From positions 52,268,001-52,332,000 of the forward strand of contig NC_087447.1 of assembly GCF_036321535.1 (NCBI RefSeq): DNA of 64,000 bases, given 5' to 3'. Positions 37,401-51,270 of this stretch are shown here, in pieces. A model generated the notes under the pieces. The model did not search any database and was not told where the DNA came from. It worked only from the letters and a program-made list of their open reading frames with translations. Made by a program: the position numbers and the translations under genes. The first letter of the stretch is position 1. Each line of letters opens with the position of its first letter. The stretch is from Camelus dromedarius. Lineage: Eukaryota.

Positions 37401-40400
37401 TGTCTTGCAGACCAGAAGGCCAGGCTCTCCCCACTTCACCACTGCCTTTCACTAGCTGTATCTAGTAAAGCAGGTGGGCCTTCTAAAGACATCCCCTTTT
37501 ACACATTAAGCAGCCTCCAAGGCTCTTCCATGCCTTTTTAGGTAGCAACACAGGATCCTGCGAGGAAGACAGAGAGTTGTGTCACTTGGCCCCAGTTCGT
37601 GGAAGAGGTCATTGATGGTGGTCTTGAGGGGCCGTGTGACTGTCTTCAAGACACAAAAAACTGTGTAGAGGAGACTGGAGCTTCGTACATTCTTCCGATT
37701 CCTGATCCAAACACAAGCCACCAAGGAACACACCCAAGTTTGACTTAACCAGGAGGGTGTATGCTGGTATGGAATCTGACCGTCTGCTTTCTCTTTGGTT
37801 ACTGTGGTGCAGGGGACAGTGTGCTGTACCAAGGGCAAGAAAGCCCTACCTGCCACTTCCTTGCTACACGCATTCTCATTTGAGAACTGGGGATGAAAAT
37901 ATTTCAAGGGATTACTGTATCATAAGAGATAATATATCACAAAGCGCTTTGTAAACTGTGCATGTGTGATTATTATGTTTTATGATGGTTATAGCCATAC
38001 TGTTGAGAATACTGCTAAAGTAGTAGCTAACTTTTATAGAGCACTTTTTAGGCACCAGGCATTAAATGAGGTGCTTACACTGCTGTTGACTCTGTGTGGT
38101 TGACAGTAATAATAAAATTAACCTGCCTGTTAGAAGTGAGTACACTGCTTTTTCCAAGGCTGAATTAGCTACCATATCTGCTTACCTTCTTACTGTTTTA
38201 ATCTATATATTGGCAACTCCAAAGGTAACGGAGAAATTGTTTGAACGACAGACAACTCAGATACACGCAGTTAAATGAGCAGTGCTTCTTTCCCCGTTAG
38301 AATCAATTATCTCATCTAAGTGTGCAAAAGAGCTGTCTTGTTAAAAGGTCAGGAGAATTAACTAACCCTGGGATGAAAGGAACTCTCACAGCTTTGTGAA
38401 GAGAAACATTTTTATTGTCAAAGCTTTCTCTCATTTTTAACAAGATGCAAAAGCAAGTTCTTGCTTTAAAACATATGCGGAGGGGGAAGAAAAGCCAGTG
38501 GAAAAAGTGTTCCAGGTAAAAATGACACAAGATCTGGGGACACTGGGAAGTCAGTAAGGGCAGGACAGTCCACAGCTAGATGGGGGAGGGCAGTCAGACA
38601 AAACTTAGGGGTGTACGTTGGCACCCCTTCCTCTCAGCTCAGTACCCCCTACCCTGGCCACCACAAACAGAGGCCCACACAGTTGTGCGGCTGGCCGGTC
38701 TCTCTTGGTGACCTGTAGAAGATGTGCTCCTGGGAACCACCTGGGAAGGCCAAGTTCTGGATCCAGCTCAAACCTGGACTCTCTCAGGAGACTCAGTCAT
38801 CCAGACATAATTCTGGAGGCTGGTGGGGAGAGACGTGAATATAGGACTGCTCAAATTGGCTGAGAAATGGCCAGCTGAAAAGTAAGATTTAGAGAGAGGG
38901 GTAGGATGGTATGCAGTCAGAGATGTGACAATCCACCAATGATGTTGCTTTAAAGCCAAAATAAAAGGGACCCTTACTCAGTCTGTGATCCACAGTCTCA
39001 AATATAAGTCATGCTGAGGGCCCCTCAATTCTTTTACTGTATTGTTTGATGGGTGGTTAATTGTATGGTTCTGGGTTACGGGGGACAGGAAGAGAGAAGG
39101 AAGGGAAGTAGTTTGCTCTGGTCTCTTCCCAAAGGACACAGTGCCACTCAGTCAGAGACAGTTCAAGAAATATCTCAGCTCAAGCAACCACTCTTTTTTA
39201 TCCTTGATAATACTCAAAATATAACAACAGTAACTCAAACCCGGTACCGTATGAGTGCGTACTACATGCCAAATGCTTAATTTATATTATTCAATTGAAT
39301 CTTCGTGGAAAGAGAGATTGAAAAACCCATTATTGGAGAATGGGTCCAACAGAACTGAACAGATATTGAGCTAGAAGAATATATTCCGATTTACTCAGAG
39401 TAAGTTACCTCACATCACAGAGCTGGTAGAAATTTGAGACAAGTTCTAAACTCAGGAGCCTGTGTTCCCTGGTCAAGCTTTCTCTTTTACACATTTTATT
39501 TTAAATAAAAGGTAAAATATGCGCAATATAAAGCCACCAGCAAATAAAGACTGAAATTAATGTTTGGGGGTCCCAGTGCTGATAATAAATATTTCCTGCC
39601 CCACAGCAACAATCATGTAAAGCTGTGGACAGCGGTAAATGCATGCTATCCAACGACTTGGAAATAACAGCCGTGGATCCAAAAAAAATTAAGAAATATA
39701 AATGGTCCTCCCTAGCCCGCTTTAAGACCAGACCTCTGAAACAATATAAATTATAATCATCATAATCCCTTTTTTCAGAGGAATTAATGGTAACCACCAA
39801 TGTACATCATAGGATTATCTAAATTACACCCTGCGTTGTGTATTTATAACTGTTGGTGCAAAACTCTCCCAAGTACGTTGAAAGTGACCTAAATAAGAAA
39901 CCTGATACTAGTGTTCCCTTCAAACTAGTCTGTAATTCAATGAAAAGGTGAAAAGATGAGAAAGAGTTCAGGAAAAGGCTGTGGAAAGGTAGGGAGTTCA
40001 CAGGATCACCCACACTGAAATGTTAATGATTTCTAAAAGCAAGGAGAGCCAGGGTGGGTGAAGTTTCTTATTCCCTCAGCTCTGGTCAGTCTGATCCCAG
40101 GGCTGACATTTTCCAGTTGCCTTTTCCTGTGCAACAAGACATGAGAGATGGCCAGGAAAGTGCAAGCTCTCACTTGACATTTTTAAGAAAAATGCTCAAT
40201 AGATGTTCAGACATTGAAGGCTCCCCCCCGCCCCCAGAAACCAGCCAGCAGGAGGCAATTAACAAAGTCATTATGCAGGAGTCACCGGTGTAAGTGTAGG
40301 AGAGTTTCCACTGTCACAGGCACACTTCGCTTCCAAAAATTGGATGCAACAAATCCACTTGCATCTGTAAATTAGCAGCTCCAGGTAGTGACTAGAGATG

Positions 40401-40724
40401 GTTACAGCCTTAAGAAACTGTTGATTCAAGAGGCATTTTTTGGTTTCAAAAGGCAGTGGGATCTAACCCAGCTGCATGGCTCCCCACTTTTTCTGTTTTA
40501 TACTAGCTCTCAGCTGTTTGTTTGTTTTTAATTAGCACCATTTCTGTAAAATATAAGCCATTGGAGTTCTTTGACTTATGGTCTTCTAATGTGGAAAGCA
40601 GAAAACAAAAAGGCAAAACAGTAATAATAACAACAATGAAATGACAGAATTTCATTTCTCAGGTTCTACTCCTGGTTTTGCTACAAAGCCACAGTATTCA
40701 AAAGTTCCAAACCTAGAAGCCATG

Positions 40725-41050
40725 GAGATGTACATTGCAGTTTATCAGCAAAGACATTGGAAGCAATCTAGATGTCTTAAAACAGGAGAATGACTTAGCT
40801 AAATTATGATACATGTACTGGATGGAATGCAAGGTAACCATTATTAAAAAATAACTGGCAACCAGCAAAGAGGGCAAATGCTTACCGTATAAAGTTAAGG
40901 GGGGAGAAAAAAATGACAAAACACAAAATTGCATGTATTTGCTGACTGCATCTTTGTAAAACTGAGAATGCATATGAAAAAAAATCTAGAAAGACATATG
41001 TGAAAATGACATCAGGCTTTGAATTATAGTAGTAGGACTATTGATAAACT
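40725..41050 (+). mobile_element. Old L1M 3' UTR fragment
   Basis: attggaagcaatctagatgtcttaaaacaggagaatgacttagctaaattatgatacatgtactggatggaat. Confidence 0.6.
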
Positions 41051-41199
41051 TTCTTTACTAGTTTCCAAACTCACTTCCATGCTGTTTACATTAAAAGGAA
41101 GTTCTACAGCTTAGTCTCAGGAGCAATAGGTAAAGAAGGATGACAGAGCAGAGAGGGGAGATCCTGACTTTGAGCATACACCCTGAGTCAGACACTCAG

Positions 41200-41420
41200 G
41201 TAAGGACAATTACCTACATTATGTCATTCAGTCCTTACACAAACCCTGAGAAAATGATTAGCATTCCCGTTTTACAGACAAAGAAAGTAGAGTCTCAGAG
41301 AGGCTGCGTAACCTGCCCAAAGACACTTCCCAAGGTGTTTCCCAGATGAGAAGTGATAAAGTCACATTTGAACCCAGATCTGACTGGTTCCAAAGTCCAG
41401 GCTCACCTCCTGGTACCTCA
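41200..41420 (-). mobile_element. MIR SINE
   Basis: cccgttttacagacaaagaaagtagagtctcagagaggctgcgtaacctgcccaaag...tttgaacccagatctgactggttccaaagtcc. Confidence 0.7.
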
Positions 41421-41684
41421 GATCACTGATGAGTTACAATGGCTGAAATTAAATTAACATTAAAAAAAAATTAAGGCAAAGCCTTTGCTGACAGCACAGC
41501 CAGATTTTTGCTTTTGAGATAGACTGTTAAAGGCCTTCATCCTAGGGATAAAGTATGGGGTCCCCACCTTTCAACATCCTGACTGCCATAGGCATGGCTG
41601 ACCCCCACAGTCAAAACCAAGTTCATGCAAGTGAGCTACTGGACCTTTGGCAGAGTCAGTCCTCAAGTTCAGGTCTCTCTGGGC

Positions 41685-41885
41685 ACTCAGAGCCAGGTCA
41701 TTTACTAGTTTTGTGACTTTGGGCAAATTACTTAGCCTCTCTGGGTCTCCATTTCCTTATCTGTAGTATAGATAGTAATACTCACCTTGAAGGATGAAAT
41801 GAAATAATACATGTAATTTGCTTAACACTGTGCCTGGCACGTTTTTACTCTGCACACATAGTAGGAGCAAAATAAATGGCAACTG
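41685..41885 (+). mobile_element. MIR SINE
   Basis: tttactagttttgtgactttgggcaaattacttagcctctctgggtctccatttccttatctgta. Confidence 0.75.
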
Positions 41886-42930
41886 TCATCATCCCTGTCA
41901 CCTTGCTATGCTGATTTTCCTGATTCCTGGATCCACTGAAAGCTTTGTTTAAGGTAGCTCCATTACATCACCTTTTCCTTCTTTCCATATATTTCCCCTA
42001 ATTCCTCTTTCGTGCCAACTGCAAATTTCTCTGAGCGGAGGGCCCTCTCCCCATCCTGCTCCCAGGAGCTGACAGACTTCGGGCACAGGAACTAGAGGTA
42101 TTTTTCCCAATGGATAAAACAGTTTTTAAAAGTGGAATCACTATAAAGCAGGCTGATAGGATCCCAGTGGTTGACTATGTGGGGCTAATTTCAAATCAAG
42201 TAAATATATTGTATTTCTTCCAGTCTCTGGATAAACTTGACCACAACAATCAAGGTTACTGTCTCTCACCCCCAAATTAAGTGTTTTCTAGAGAGTGGAC
42301 CGGGGCACAGGTCACCATTTTTCTATATTACACAATGGTGTAGGGGAGGGAGGCCTGTCAGCAAGACTTTGCTGGCAGCTGCTCAGTATTTCTGTAAAAC
42401 AGGGTTGGGGGGTGGTCAGGCAGGAGAGAGGGGTGGAGGGACAGGCATGCCCACCATCAAAGCAGAGGACAGAGATCAATGTAACTGGAGGGCACTGAAA
42501 ACTGGTGACACGGCAAGTTGTCAGGAAAGCAGGGCTGGAATCCAATTTGTACAGAATGGAGTAAACCAGTATTATTGCAGTAATAGAATAAGAAAGCTGT
42601 CTTTTCTGGGCACCTTTTACCCAGTGGGCTCTGCTAAGATTGCTTCTGCGCATGACGAGTTTAGGGGTTGGCCACCTCCACCCTGCCTTGGACTGACCTC
42701 CACTGGTTATCTGATCTCCCCTCACCCTACTCCCAACACTGCACTGGTTCCAGGGACGAGAAAAGGGGAGGCATGAGTAGAGTGGGTACCAGCGCAGGCT
42801 TGGCAGCCAGACAGCCCTGCCTTCCTTTTCTGGTTCTCCTGTTTATAGTCATGTGACTTGGATCATGCTATTTAACTCTTTCAAGCCCCAGCCTCCTCAT
42901 CTATAAACAAGTGATAATAATACTTGCCCC

Positions 42931-43502
42931 AGCACTATATACAACAGCTAAGACATGGAAACAACCTAAGTGTCTACTGAAAGATGACTGGATAAAGAAG
43001 ATGTAGTATTTATATATATTTATACATTGGAATACTACTCATCCATAAAAAAGAATAAAATAATGCCATTTACAGCAACATGGAAAGACCTGGAGATCAC
43101 CATTCTAAATGAAGTCAGCCAGAAAGAGAATAAAAAATATCATATGATATCACTCATATGTGGAATCTAAAAAGGAAGGAAAAAGAAGACACTAATGAAC
43201 TTATCTACAAAACAGAAACAGACTCACAGACATAGTAAACAAACATGGTTACCAGGGAGGAAAGAGGGTGGGAAGGGATAAATTGGGAGTTTGAGATTTG
43301 CAAATACTCACTACTATATATAAAATAGATAAATAATAAGTTTCTACTATATAGCACAGGAAACTAATTATCTTATAGTAACCTACAACAAAAAAGAATA
43401 TGAAAAGGAATATATGTACATGTATGACTGAAACGTTATGTTGTGCACCAGAAATTGACACAACATTGCAAACTAACTATACTTCAATAAAAAATTTAAA
43501 AA
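42931..43502 (+). mobile_element. 5'-truncated younger L1 (3' end of ORF2 and 3' UTR), camelid/cetartiodactyl-type, inserted into a MIR
   Basis: gctaagacatggaaacaacctaagtgtc...taatgccatttacagcaacatgg...acagactcacagacatag...ccagaaattgacacaac, AATAAA at 43486-43491 and an A-rich tail. Degenerate 17-bp TSD at 42914-42930 and 43503-43519. Confidence 0.88.
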
Positions 43503-45574
43503 ATAATAATGGCTGCTCCAAAGAATTACAAAGATTAAAGGACATATTACATCTTATGAGCTTATCATGCTGCTTGGTGTTCACTCAAATGTACTCCCAG
43601 AAGGCAGCCTTCTATGTTGGCATCATTGTCATTCTTTGTATTACATATGCAAGTTTTCACTGAGAAAGTGAAGTACGGAGATCTCTTAAGGGAGCCGAGA
43701 AGTCCCTGAGTTTTTGTTTTGGTGGTGGGGGGATGCTGCTACAGCTGGACTTACAGCCACTGGGACCTGCCCCCACCCATGGGCAGATGAGACTCAGGCC
43801 TGACTAGAGCATTTGGGGCAGAGCCTGGGACTGCTCTGAGCCCATTCCAGACCTGTGATTCAGAGCTCTCGCCACTGAATAACCCTGCCATTAAGTCACA
43901 GCAGAAAATCCTGTAAGAGCAGGAAAGCCTCCCTCATGGCTTGTTCTTCCATCAGGCACTGCACTCTCAGACTAAAGGAGTCATCTTATTGAGTCTAAAG
44001 TTAAGGGAATGAGCCCACGGCACAGGCGATGTCAGGCCACCGGAGGCCCTCCCTTCAGGACAGAGATCATTTCTCTCATCTCTATCCCCCAGCACCTGAC
44101 CCACAAGAGTGAAGAAAGAGGAAAGGAAGGAGACAGACAGACTGATAATAATTAGGATTATTATCAAAACAGTAACAGCTCCCACTTATTAAAAACTGTA
44201 CCATGTCCATGACATAGTGCTGGAGGATTCAGATTCATTATGTCACTTAATCTCTCCACTTTTTAAGGCAGATAGTATCAGCAACCCCGTTTTATGGATG
44301 ATGACCTCAAAACACAGTGACAAAGTAGGTATCATTTATCTGATTTTGTGTCTCTAGAAACCCAAGGCTCCGGAAGAAGGTGTCACTGCACCATTCATCA
44401 TGGCAGCACCAAGATCCAAAACCAAGGGCGGGTCACCCCAGACCCTGAGCTCTTCTCAGACCACTGCCAAGACCACAGGACAGGCTTCCACACTGATCAG
44501 AATAACAAGCAGCTTCTGATCAAATCCTGCAGACAAAGCGACAGGCCAGGAAGTGATCTCTAGTAGAGGAAATGTTTAAACCTGGTAGAAGGTCCCTCCG
44601 CTGCCCAAGACCTTGCTGAGAAGCCAGGGAGCAGATACCCGGAGGCACCAGCCTGTTCAAGTGCTCTGCAAGAGTGCGCAGCCAGCCCTGCCCCTGCCAG
44701 CCTGGGAAAGTGCCCGTCATTTTCCGAGAGGGGGCGGAACGCTGGCTCCGTTGCCTTTCTCTGCAGTGCTTGCTTCCAAGTGTCAAGACTCTTCACACGG
44801 CTGTCTAAAGCACTTCTATAAAAAGGTATCTCAACTTAGCAAAGGACCAGACTCACATATGAGGCCTCATCCCCTCCTTCCTGTACCAGCCATCGGACAG
44901 GGCCGAAGGAACCATGGGTTTGGTTCCTGCTTGGGAGCTCTGGCAGGAGAAGATGCTTGTTGCTAGGGACCTTTTCCATAGCTACTGGAAAACGTCCTGT
45001 TACAGGGCTCCATGGAGGCACCTGCCCATTTCTTGATTTCTTTGGCCACATCAACCATGTAACTATTCCCCCCTTCCCCCAGGATCAAAGTGAATTAGGA
45101 GGTGGTCCCTACTGCACCTCTAAATGGAGGTTTAATTTGTGTACATATTATGAGGATAGGCCCTTTTCCCTCTAGAACAGTCACTTCAGCAGGAGGAACG
45201 AGGGAAGATAGCTTAACGTGGAGCCTACCACCCGGATTTGTAACGAGGGATAATATTTCTGTATAAGAAGCATTTTGAAGGAGCATTTTCATCTCTCATG
45301 GAACAGTGTGTGATGTCCCTCCTTTACCCCTACAGCTTCCCAGTCTCCTGCCCACCAATGTTTTCTAGCTCTTTGGGATCACACCGCATCTTCCTGCCTC
45401 CCTGCTTTGTGCAGAGCAAGGCCCTCAATAAATATGAGTTCTCTACTATACAGGGGCCCCTGGTTTGGCTCAGCCCTTCGATTAGGAAGTTGAAGGCAGC
45501 ACAGAGTCCAGGCACGGTGATGGGGATATTGATGGTGATGATGATGCTGGTGATGTTAACAACAGCCCCTGTCA

Positions 45575-45810
45575 TTAATAGAGCCAAGCACTGTGCTAAC
45601 TGCTTGACAAACACACTGTCACTTAGCCCTCACAAAGATATAGGTACTATTATTATCCTCATTTGCAAGATGAGGAAACTAAGGCTCAAAAAGAGGTCCA
45701 ACAACTTGCCCAAGATCATACATTTAATAAGAGGCAGAGGGTCGCTTCCAATCTGAGCCAAATCCAGACTGCACTGAATCTGTCCCCAACCACTATACAC
45801 ACTGCCTTCC
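45575..45810 (-). mobile_element. MIR SINE
   Basis: taggtactattattatcctcatttgcaagatgaggaaactaaggctcaaaaagagg...cttgcccaagatcatac. Confidence 0.75.
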
Positions 45811-47834
45811 TGATCAGATGTAGAACTGTGGGAATGACAACAATGGAAAATAAAACAAGGAAGTCTCACTATTATATAGACTTGCCTTACACCTCAAATT
45901 TTGTTGGTGGTATCTTCCTGAGGATAGAAACTTGAGCATTTGAAATGCTGGTTGAGCATGGTATCTGACATGCCCCATTACTTTGCCCTGCTCAGGAGCC
46001 TCGATCTGTATGGACTTCTCCTGTCCCTTGAACACACCTGTCTGTCCAGCCTCCAGGCTTTTGCTGATGCAAGGATGCTACATGGAATAGCCTCTGCCTC
46101 CCCTATTTTTAAAGTCATTCTCCCAACCTCTGAGGCCTACTTCAAATGGCACCTCTTGAGGGTTTCCATCACAACCCCCAGGCAAAAATGAGCTCTGCTC
46201 TCCCCTCCCCAGCCCTGGTTCCTGACCGTTATTTCAGCACCTCTCCCATGCACACTGCCTTGACAGCACATGCCCAGCGTTTCCTGTCCCTTTCGCACTC
46301 TGTTGTCCACCTATGTATCCAGTGGAGCAGACCTGTAGAGACAGTCAGGCTCCCAGTTCTGACCCTTACCAGCTACGCATCTGCAGATAAGTCATTTAAC
46401 CACTCTGACCCTCAGGTTTTTCATCTGTAGAAATGGAAATAATATAAAACCCTCTCCTGGGGTCTTGTAAGGATTACATTTAAGAAAAATTCTTTCTAAA
46501 ATGTATTGAAAATATAAGGCATTATTATTACATTGCTTAAAAGTTAATCATTGAAAGAAAAATACACCCTAAGTTAAATACACAAACTAATGCAAAGATT
46601 TATACATGAAATTTCCAACACAGCCCCAGACCAACACAACTAAGCAAATGTATGGTACAGTTTAATCGACTTAATGCTCTACAAAAAAGTTAGAAGACAT
46701 AAGCAACAAGTTGCAAAAGAAGAGTTTCCAGTTTTCAGGTAAAGAAAAATGCTACTTCTCCTGAAATCCTCCTTTCATCTTTCTTACTCCCCACTCTATC
46801 TCCCCTCAAATACCCTTTCTGCACGCATAGTGGGTGGAGCCATGTGCGTGCTCACACACAGAGACTCACAGCCTGAGACACACACAGGAGTCCAGTGAGT
46901 CTGTCTTGCTGTAGAATTCTACAGCAAGGCCTGGGTGGAAAAATTCAGGACAACATGATAAAATGCCGGCCACGACACAATTAACGATCCTGGCATTTTT
47001 TTCTCTTCCCCCACTGGAGGCCGTGAACAAAATCTAACTCCAGGCTCAAAGGCGTGATAAATCCAGCTGTCTGCCATACACCAGCAGGAAAGGCTTCCTC
47101 CAAAATGAAATGTTATGCTGGTGACAATCTAATGCCACGTGAATCCTGGATAACAGCAGAATCAGATAATACGAGGGGCTAGTAGTGCTCAATGAGGGAT
47201 GTGTGTCAAGGTCCCCTGGTGTCAGCTGGGCCTCCTGTGCTCTCCAAACCTGAACACTTTGGGTGCAAACCACAGTTCCACTTGCTGCCACAGGTACATA
47301 GCAATTCTGGCACAGGGCATAGTATAGGGCAGGTGGATGTTCTTTTTTTTTTTTTCCGTAAGAAAGTACGATGGTTTCCCTCTTTAATAAAGAGCTCCCT
47401 GCATCCTCTCAGCAGTTCCGATCAGGCGAACTATCCCAGCCCCACCCCGGCCCCCCTCCAGCTATGGGAATCGTTGAGCTGTGAGAGGCAGGCAGGCTCT
47501 GGGGGCAAATCCTGGCTCTCACACTCGCTGGTGATGTCGCCTTGGACAACTGACAATCTCCTCAGTTTCTCATCTCTGAAATGGAAAGAAAAATTGAATG
47601 CTACCTAGCACATACTTGGTACTTGACAAATACTTGTTGGATAGGTAAGACTGATGAGAACATTACATGAGAAATACACGTTAACACTCAGAACATGCCT
47701 GGCACGTGGTGAGCTGCCACCTCTGTCACATCGGGTTAGGTCACAGGAGGGAAGCTGGGAGCAGGGGCAGAGGAAAGCCCAGACAGGATGGCAGAGCCCC
47801 CTTGCTTCCTCTGAGCCTCAGGGATGGAGCACAG

Positions 47835-47872
47835 CAGCAGAGGAGGACAGCAGAGGAGGACAGCAGAGGAGG
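47835..47872. repeat. 13-bp tandem repeat (CAGCAGAGGAGGA) x about 3
   Basis: Units start at 47835, 47848 and 47861; the last has 12 of 13 nt. Confidence 0.9.
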
Positions 47873-50529
47873 GCACTGAGCCAGCCTGGTCGGTACAGGG
47901 AACACCAATCAGGACTTGGACTCAGAAAATCTGGTTTCTAGGCCAGCCCAACTACTTAACAGTCATTCCGGGGGAACAAGTTATTTAACTGCTGCGAGCC
48001 TCAGTTTCCACATCTGGGGCTTGCAGGACAAGGAAATGCAGTTAATAATCCCAAACAGTGCCAAGACTGCTGGCGAGGGTGGACAGGTTTGAACGGCCTC
48101 ATGGGAAGGCAAGGGATTTATTATGCATCTGCCCGGTGGAGCCTCTATTCTAAGGGGAAGGCAGCCAATGTCCTCCAGCAGTCACTGAGATTTTCTGCAG
48201 TTGTCCATTCAAGAGCCTCCAGTAAGAGGCTGAGGCCTGCTGTGGAGCCAATGCACGAACAGATATTCTCATGCACAGTCTCCTAATACAGGTGCCAAAA
48301 ACAGCCAACATTTCTACCTGTCGTCCTTTGCCTTTGTTTAGACTGTTCCATCTTCCAGAAAGCCATTCCTAGCTTCTCTTTCAGTATCTTACTTGATTTA
48401 CAAGGCTCAATGCCTAGGGGAAATTTTAACTGATCTTCCTGGTTAGAATGAATTGTTCTCTCCTTCGCACTCCCACAGGGATAAAGTTCAAACCCCAGGA
48501 ACACGCTTTTATCATCTGTCTAGTATTGCCTCCAGCTCCGTACACATCTGGCTCTCCACGAAACCAGGGCTGACTCAAAGCAGTGATGCTAGTTCCTCTG
48601 GCTTTGTCTGTCCCCGCAGCCAAGGACTCAACCCAGCACACAGGCTCCGTGGGTGTTCCCCAGTCTCAGACCTGAGCTTGGGGAAGCACCCTCTACTAAA
48701 TCCCAGATTACCTGAAATCCCTGCATCTAGATATGGCTCTTGGTGCTGAATCTGAGAGGGTTTAAAATCTCTGGGTGATCCAGCTGCCCAGAGGGGTGAA
48801 CACTGCATTTATTCAACACCCACCAGGGACCACCCAGCAGACTAGACCCTTTGCAGATGTTCCATCACTTAAGGCTCAAAACACATCTTGGACATTAATT
48901 GACATGTTATCAATGAGGAAACCAAGATGCAGAGAGATGGAAAAACTTGTGTGAGCGGAGCTGTGATGCAAAGTCTATGCTTTTGCTATTAGACTGTACT
49001 GCTGTCTTTAGAAAGATGAAGCCGTTTAGTGGTGGTTTTGTTGTTTGACTGAGAGAAGGAAAAGACACTGTGCATTTTACCGCCATCTCTCCTCCTCTCC
49101 CTTTCCCTCCCCTCCCTCTCTTCTTCCCTGAAATGACGAGCTGCCTGGCTGGGCTTCCTCACCTCTGTCCCCAGCCTGCAGCCCTAAGCACAGCCCTGAC
49201 TGTACAGACCTCCTTCCTCTCCACAACTAGGTACTTAACACAGTGAAAGGACAGCCATCAGGGAGACTGTTCCTCGCTTTCTCTCTGCATCTAAGTGCAA
49301 TTAAATTATGTTGTTTCACAGTAATTAGTCCAGAATAAAAACAAGGACCTGGGGACAAGTTCTTTCCAAGGATGCTAAAAATCTGTAAAATTGATTCCTT
49401 TCCCATACTCCTGGGCTGCCATTGTGGAAGGAGAACCCAAACACACAGCTGCGGCTGCTCCTTGATGGGTGATGGCTATACTGCCTCCTTGGGGGAGAGG
49501 GTGCTGTCTCTGTATATCCTGCTGCTGTTATGAAAAATGAATATAAACATAAACTCCGGTCCTGTCTGTTTTGAGACATTTCCAAACTCAGGACTGCTTG
49601 GCCCTCAAATTTAACACGTTGCTTTTGCCAGGGGGAAGGGAAGACAGATTTCATTCACTAGTGGCTCTTATTAGTAAGAACTAGGTGCCCAATGGGCATT
49701 GCATCCCCATGACAGCCTATTACCTGCATCCACAGAGTGGGAAACTGAGGCTTAGAGCAAGGTTCTTGCTTGAAGTTTCACAGGCATAAGGAACAGATGA
49801 GGGTCCAATGCCAGGTCTTTGCCCCACGCCAAACACACTTCAGCAGCCGCCTCTGGTTCCCCACCCCGCCTTAGTTTCCAGGAACCATTTTTCCCTCTCA
49901 CATGATCCCTCTGCTTCTAGACTTCTGGTCTTTGTTCCCTGTAAGGACCTGAGCCTCTATGCCCTCCACTCCATGCCTGGCAGCATTGGTTAGGTTCTGG
50001 TCCTGGCAGCCTCCCCTCCTTTCTCTCCTTAGACAAACTTTTGCTGAACACACTACATCATACCGCACCCCAGAATAAGAAGCTGTGGCTACAGCACTGA
50101 GCAAGACAGAAGTTGTTTCTGCCCCCACAGAGCTTACAGTCTAGCAGTGGAGACAGAGCCAAGCCAGTCCTAGACACGGTCCCTCAGCGGCAATGGTGGT
50201 GAGATCCCTGAGCACCATACGAGCATATAACTGGGTTCCTGGCTTAGTGTGAGCGGGGGCAGAGGAGCTTCACCAAGGCAGGGCCATGTGAGCTTGGCTC
50301 TGGAGAAGGAACTGACTGGGAGAAGGTGGGCGTTTCCCCCCAGGAATGAAGATCCTTTACCTCGCTGGGTCTCGAGGCCACCTGTAACCTGCCCTGCCCT
50401 CACTCATCAAAAGCCGACCCAAGGTCAGATGCTGGCAGGGCTGTGGGGAACCTGGACCTGACCTGGGGAGCCAGAGATTCGGTTCTATCCTTCTGAGGAG
50501 CCCCTGCAGTGAGTAAGCAGAGCTTGAAA

Positions 50530-51270
50530 CTGCCTACACCTTGTGACCCAGAAATCTTGCTCAGGGGAACACACTCTCCCCAAAGTACGTGAAAGAAGGA
50601 AACAGAGAAGGAGGCACACAGGTGTTCACAGAAGTGCTATTTATAATAGCAAACAGTTATGAAACGGAGGAATACAAGGATAGAACAATGGCACCAACAT
50701 GATAGAGCTATGTACCTTGACAAGGATGAGAGTTTTGTGTTGATACTTAAAAACACGTGTATGAAAAGATGTCCATGGAAAAGGCAGAAGAACACACACT
50801 TGTGCATCCATGCTGAGGACATGCAGGCTTTGGCTGCGGTCCCTCAAGAAGGTCAAGTGTAACCCACAGAGAACCCTAGGGCGTTTCACCTGTTTGCCCT
50901 CATATCTTGAATTCTAAATTACATCTTAAAATTTTCTCAACAACACTTTGATGTCTTCGAGTTTGAAAGTTATCGTTGGTAACACCTGATTTCGAATCCA
51001 GTGAATAAATCACTTCTTCACTACATGTCTCAGAAACAGTACCTAAAACAACCAAGACAGGGAACAGATGCATGGTTGCCAAAGGTTGAGGACGAGGAGC
51101 AAGGATTGACTACAAAAGGGGAACTTTTGGGGGGACAGAAATGTTTTGGCTTTGACTGTAGTGATGCTCACACAACTCTATCCATTTGTCAGAATTCATG
51201 GAATGGTACACCTAAAAAGTGTCGATTTTTTGTATGTAAGTTGTATCTTGATAAATCTGACTCTAAATAC
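50530..51270 (+). mobile_element. Old L1M 3' UTR relics
   Basis: gtgttcacagaagtgctatttataatagcaaa...; ggggacagaaatgttttggctttgactgtagtgatgctcacacaactctatccatttgtcagaattcatggaatggtacacctaaaaag...tgtatgtaagttgtatcttgataaa. Confidence 0.65.

Noticed and set aside
42237..42776. 179-aa plus-strand ORF with a 137-aa ORF on the opposite strand
   Set aside because: Non-ATG start and no recognisable domain; consistent with chance ORFs in intronic DNA.
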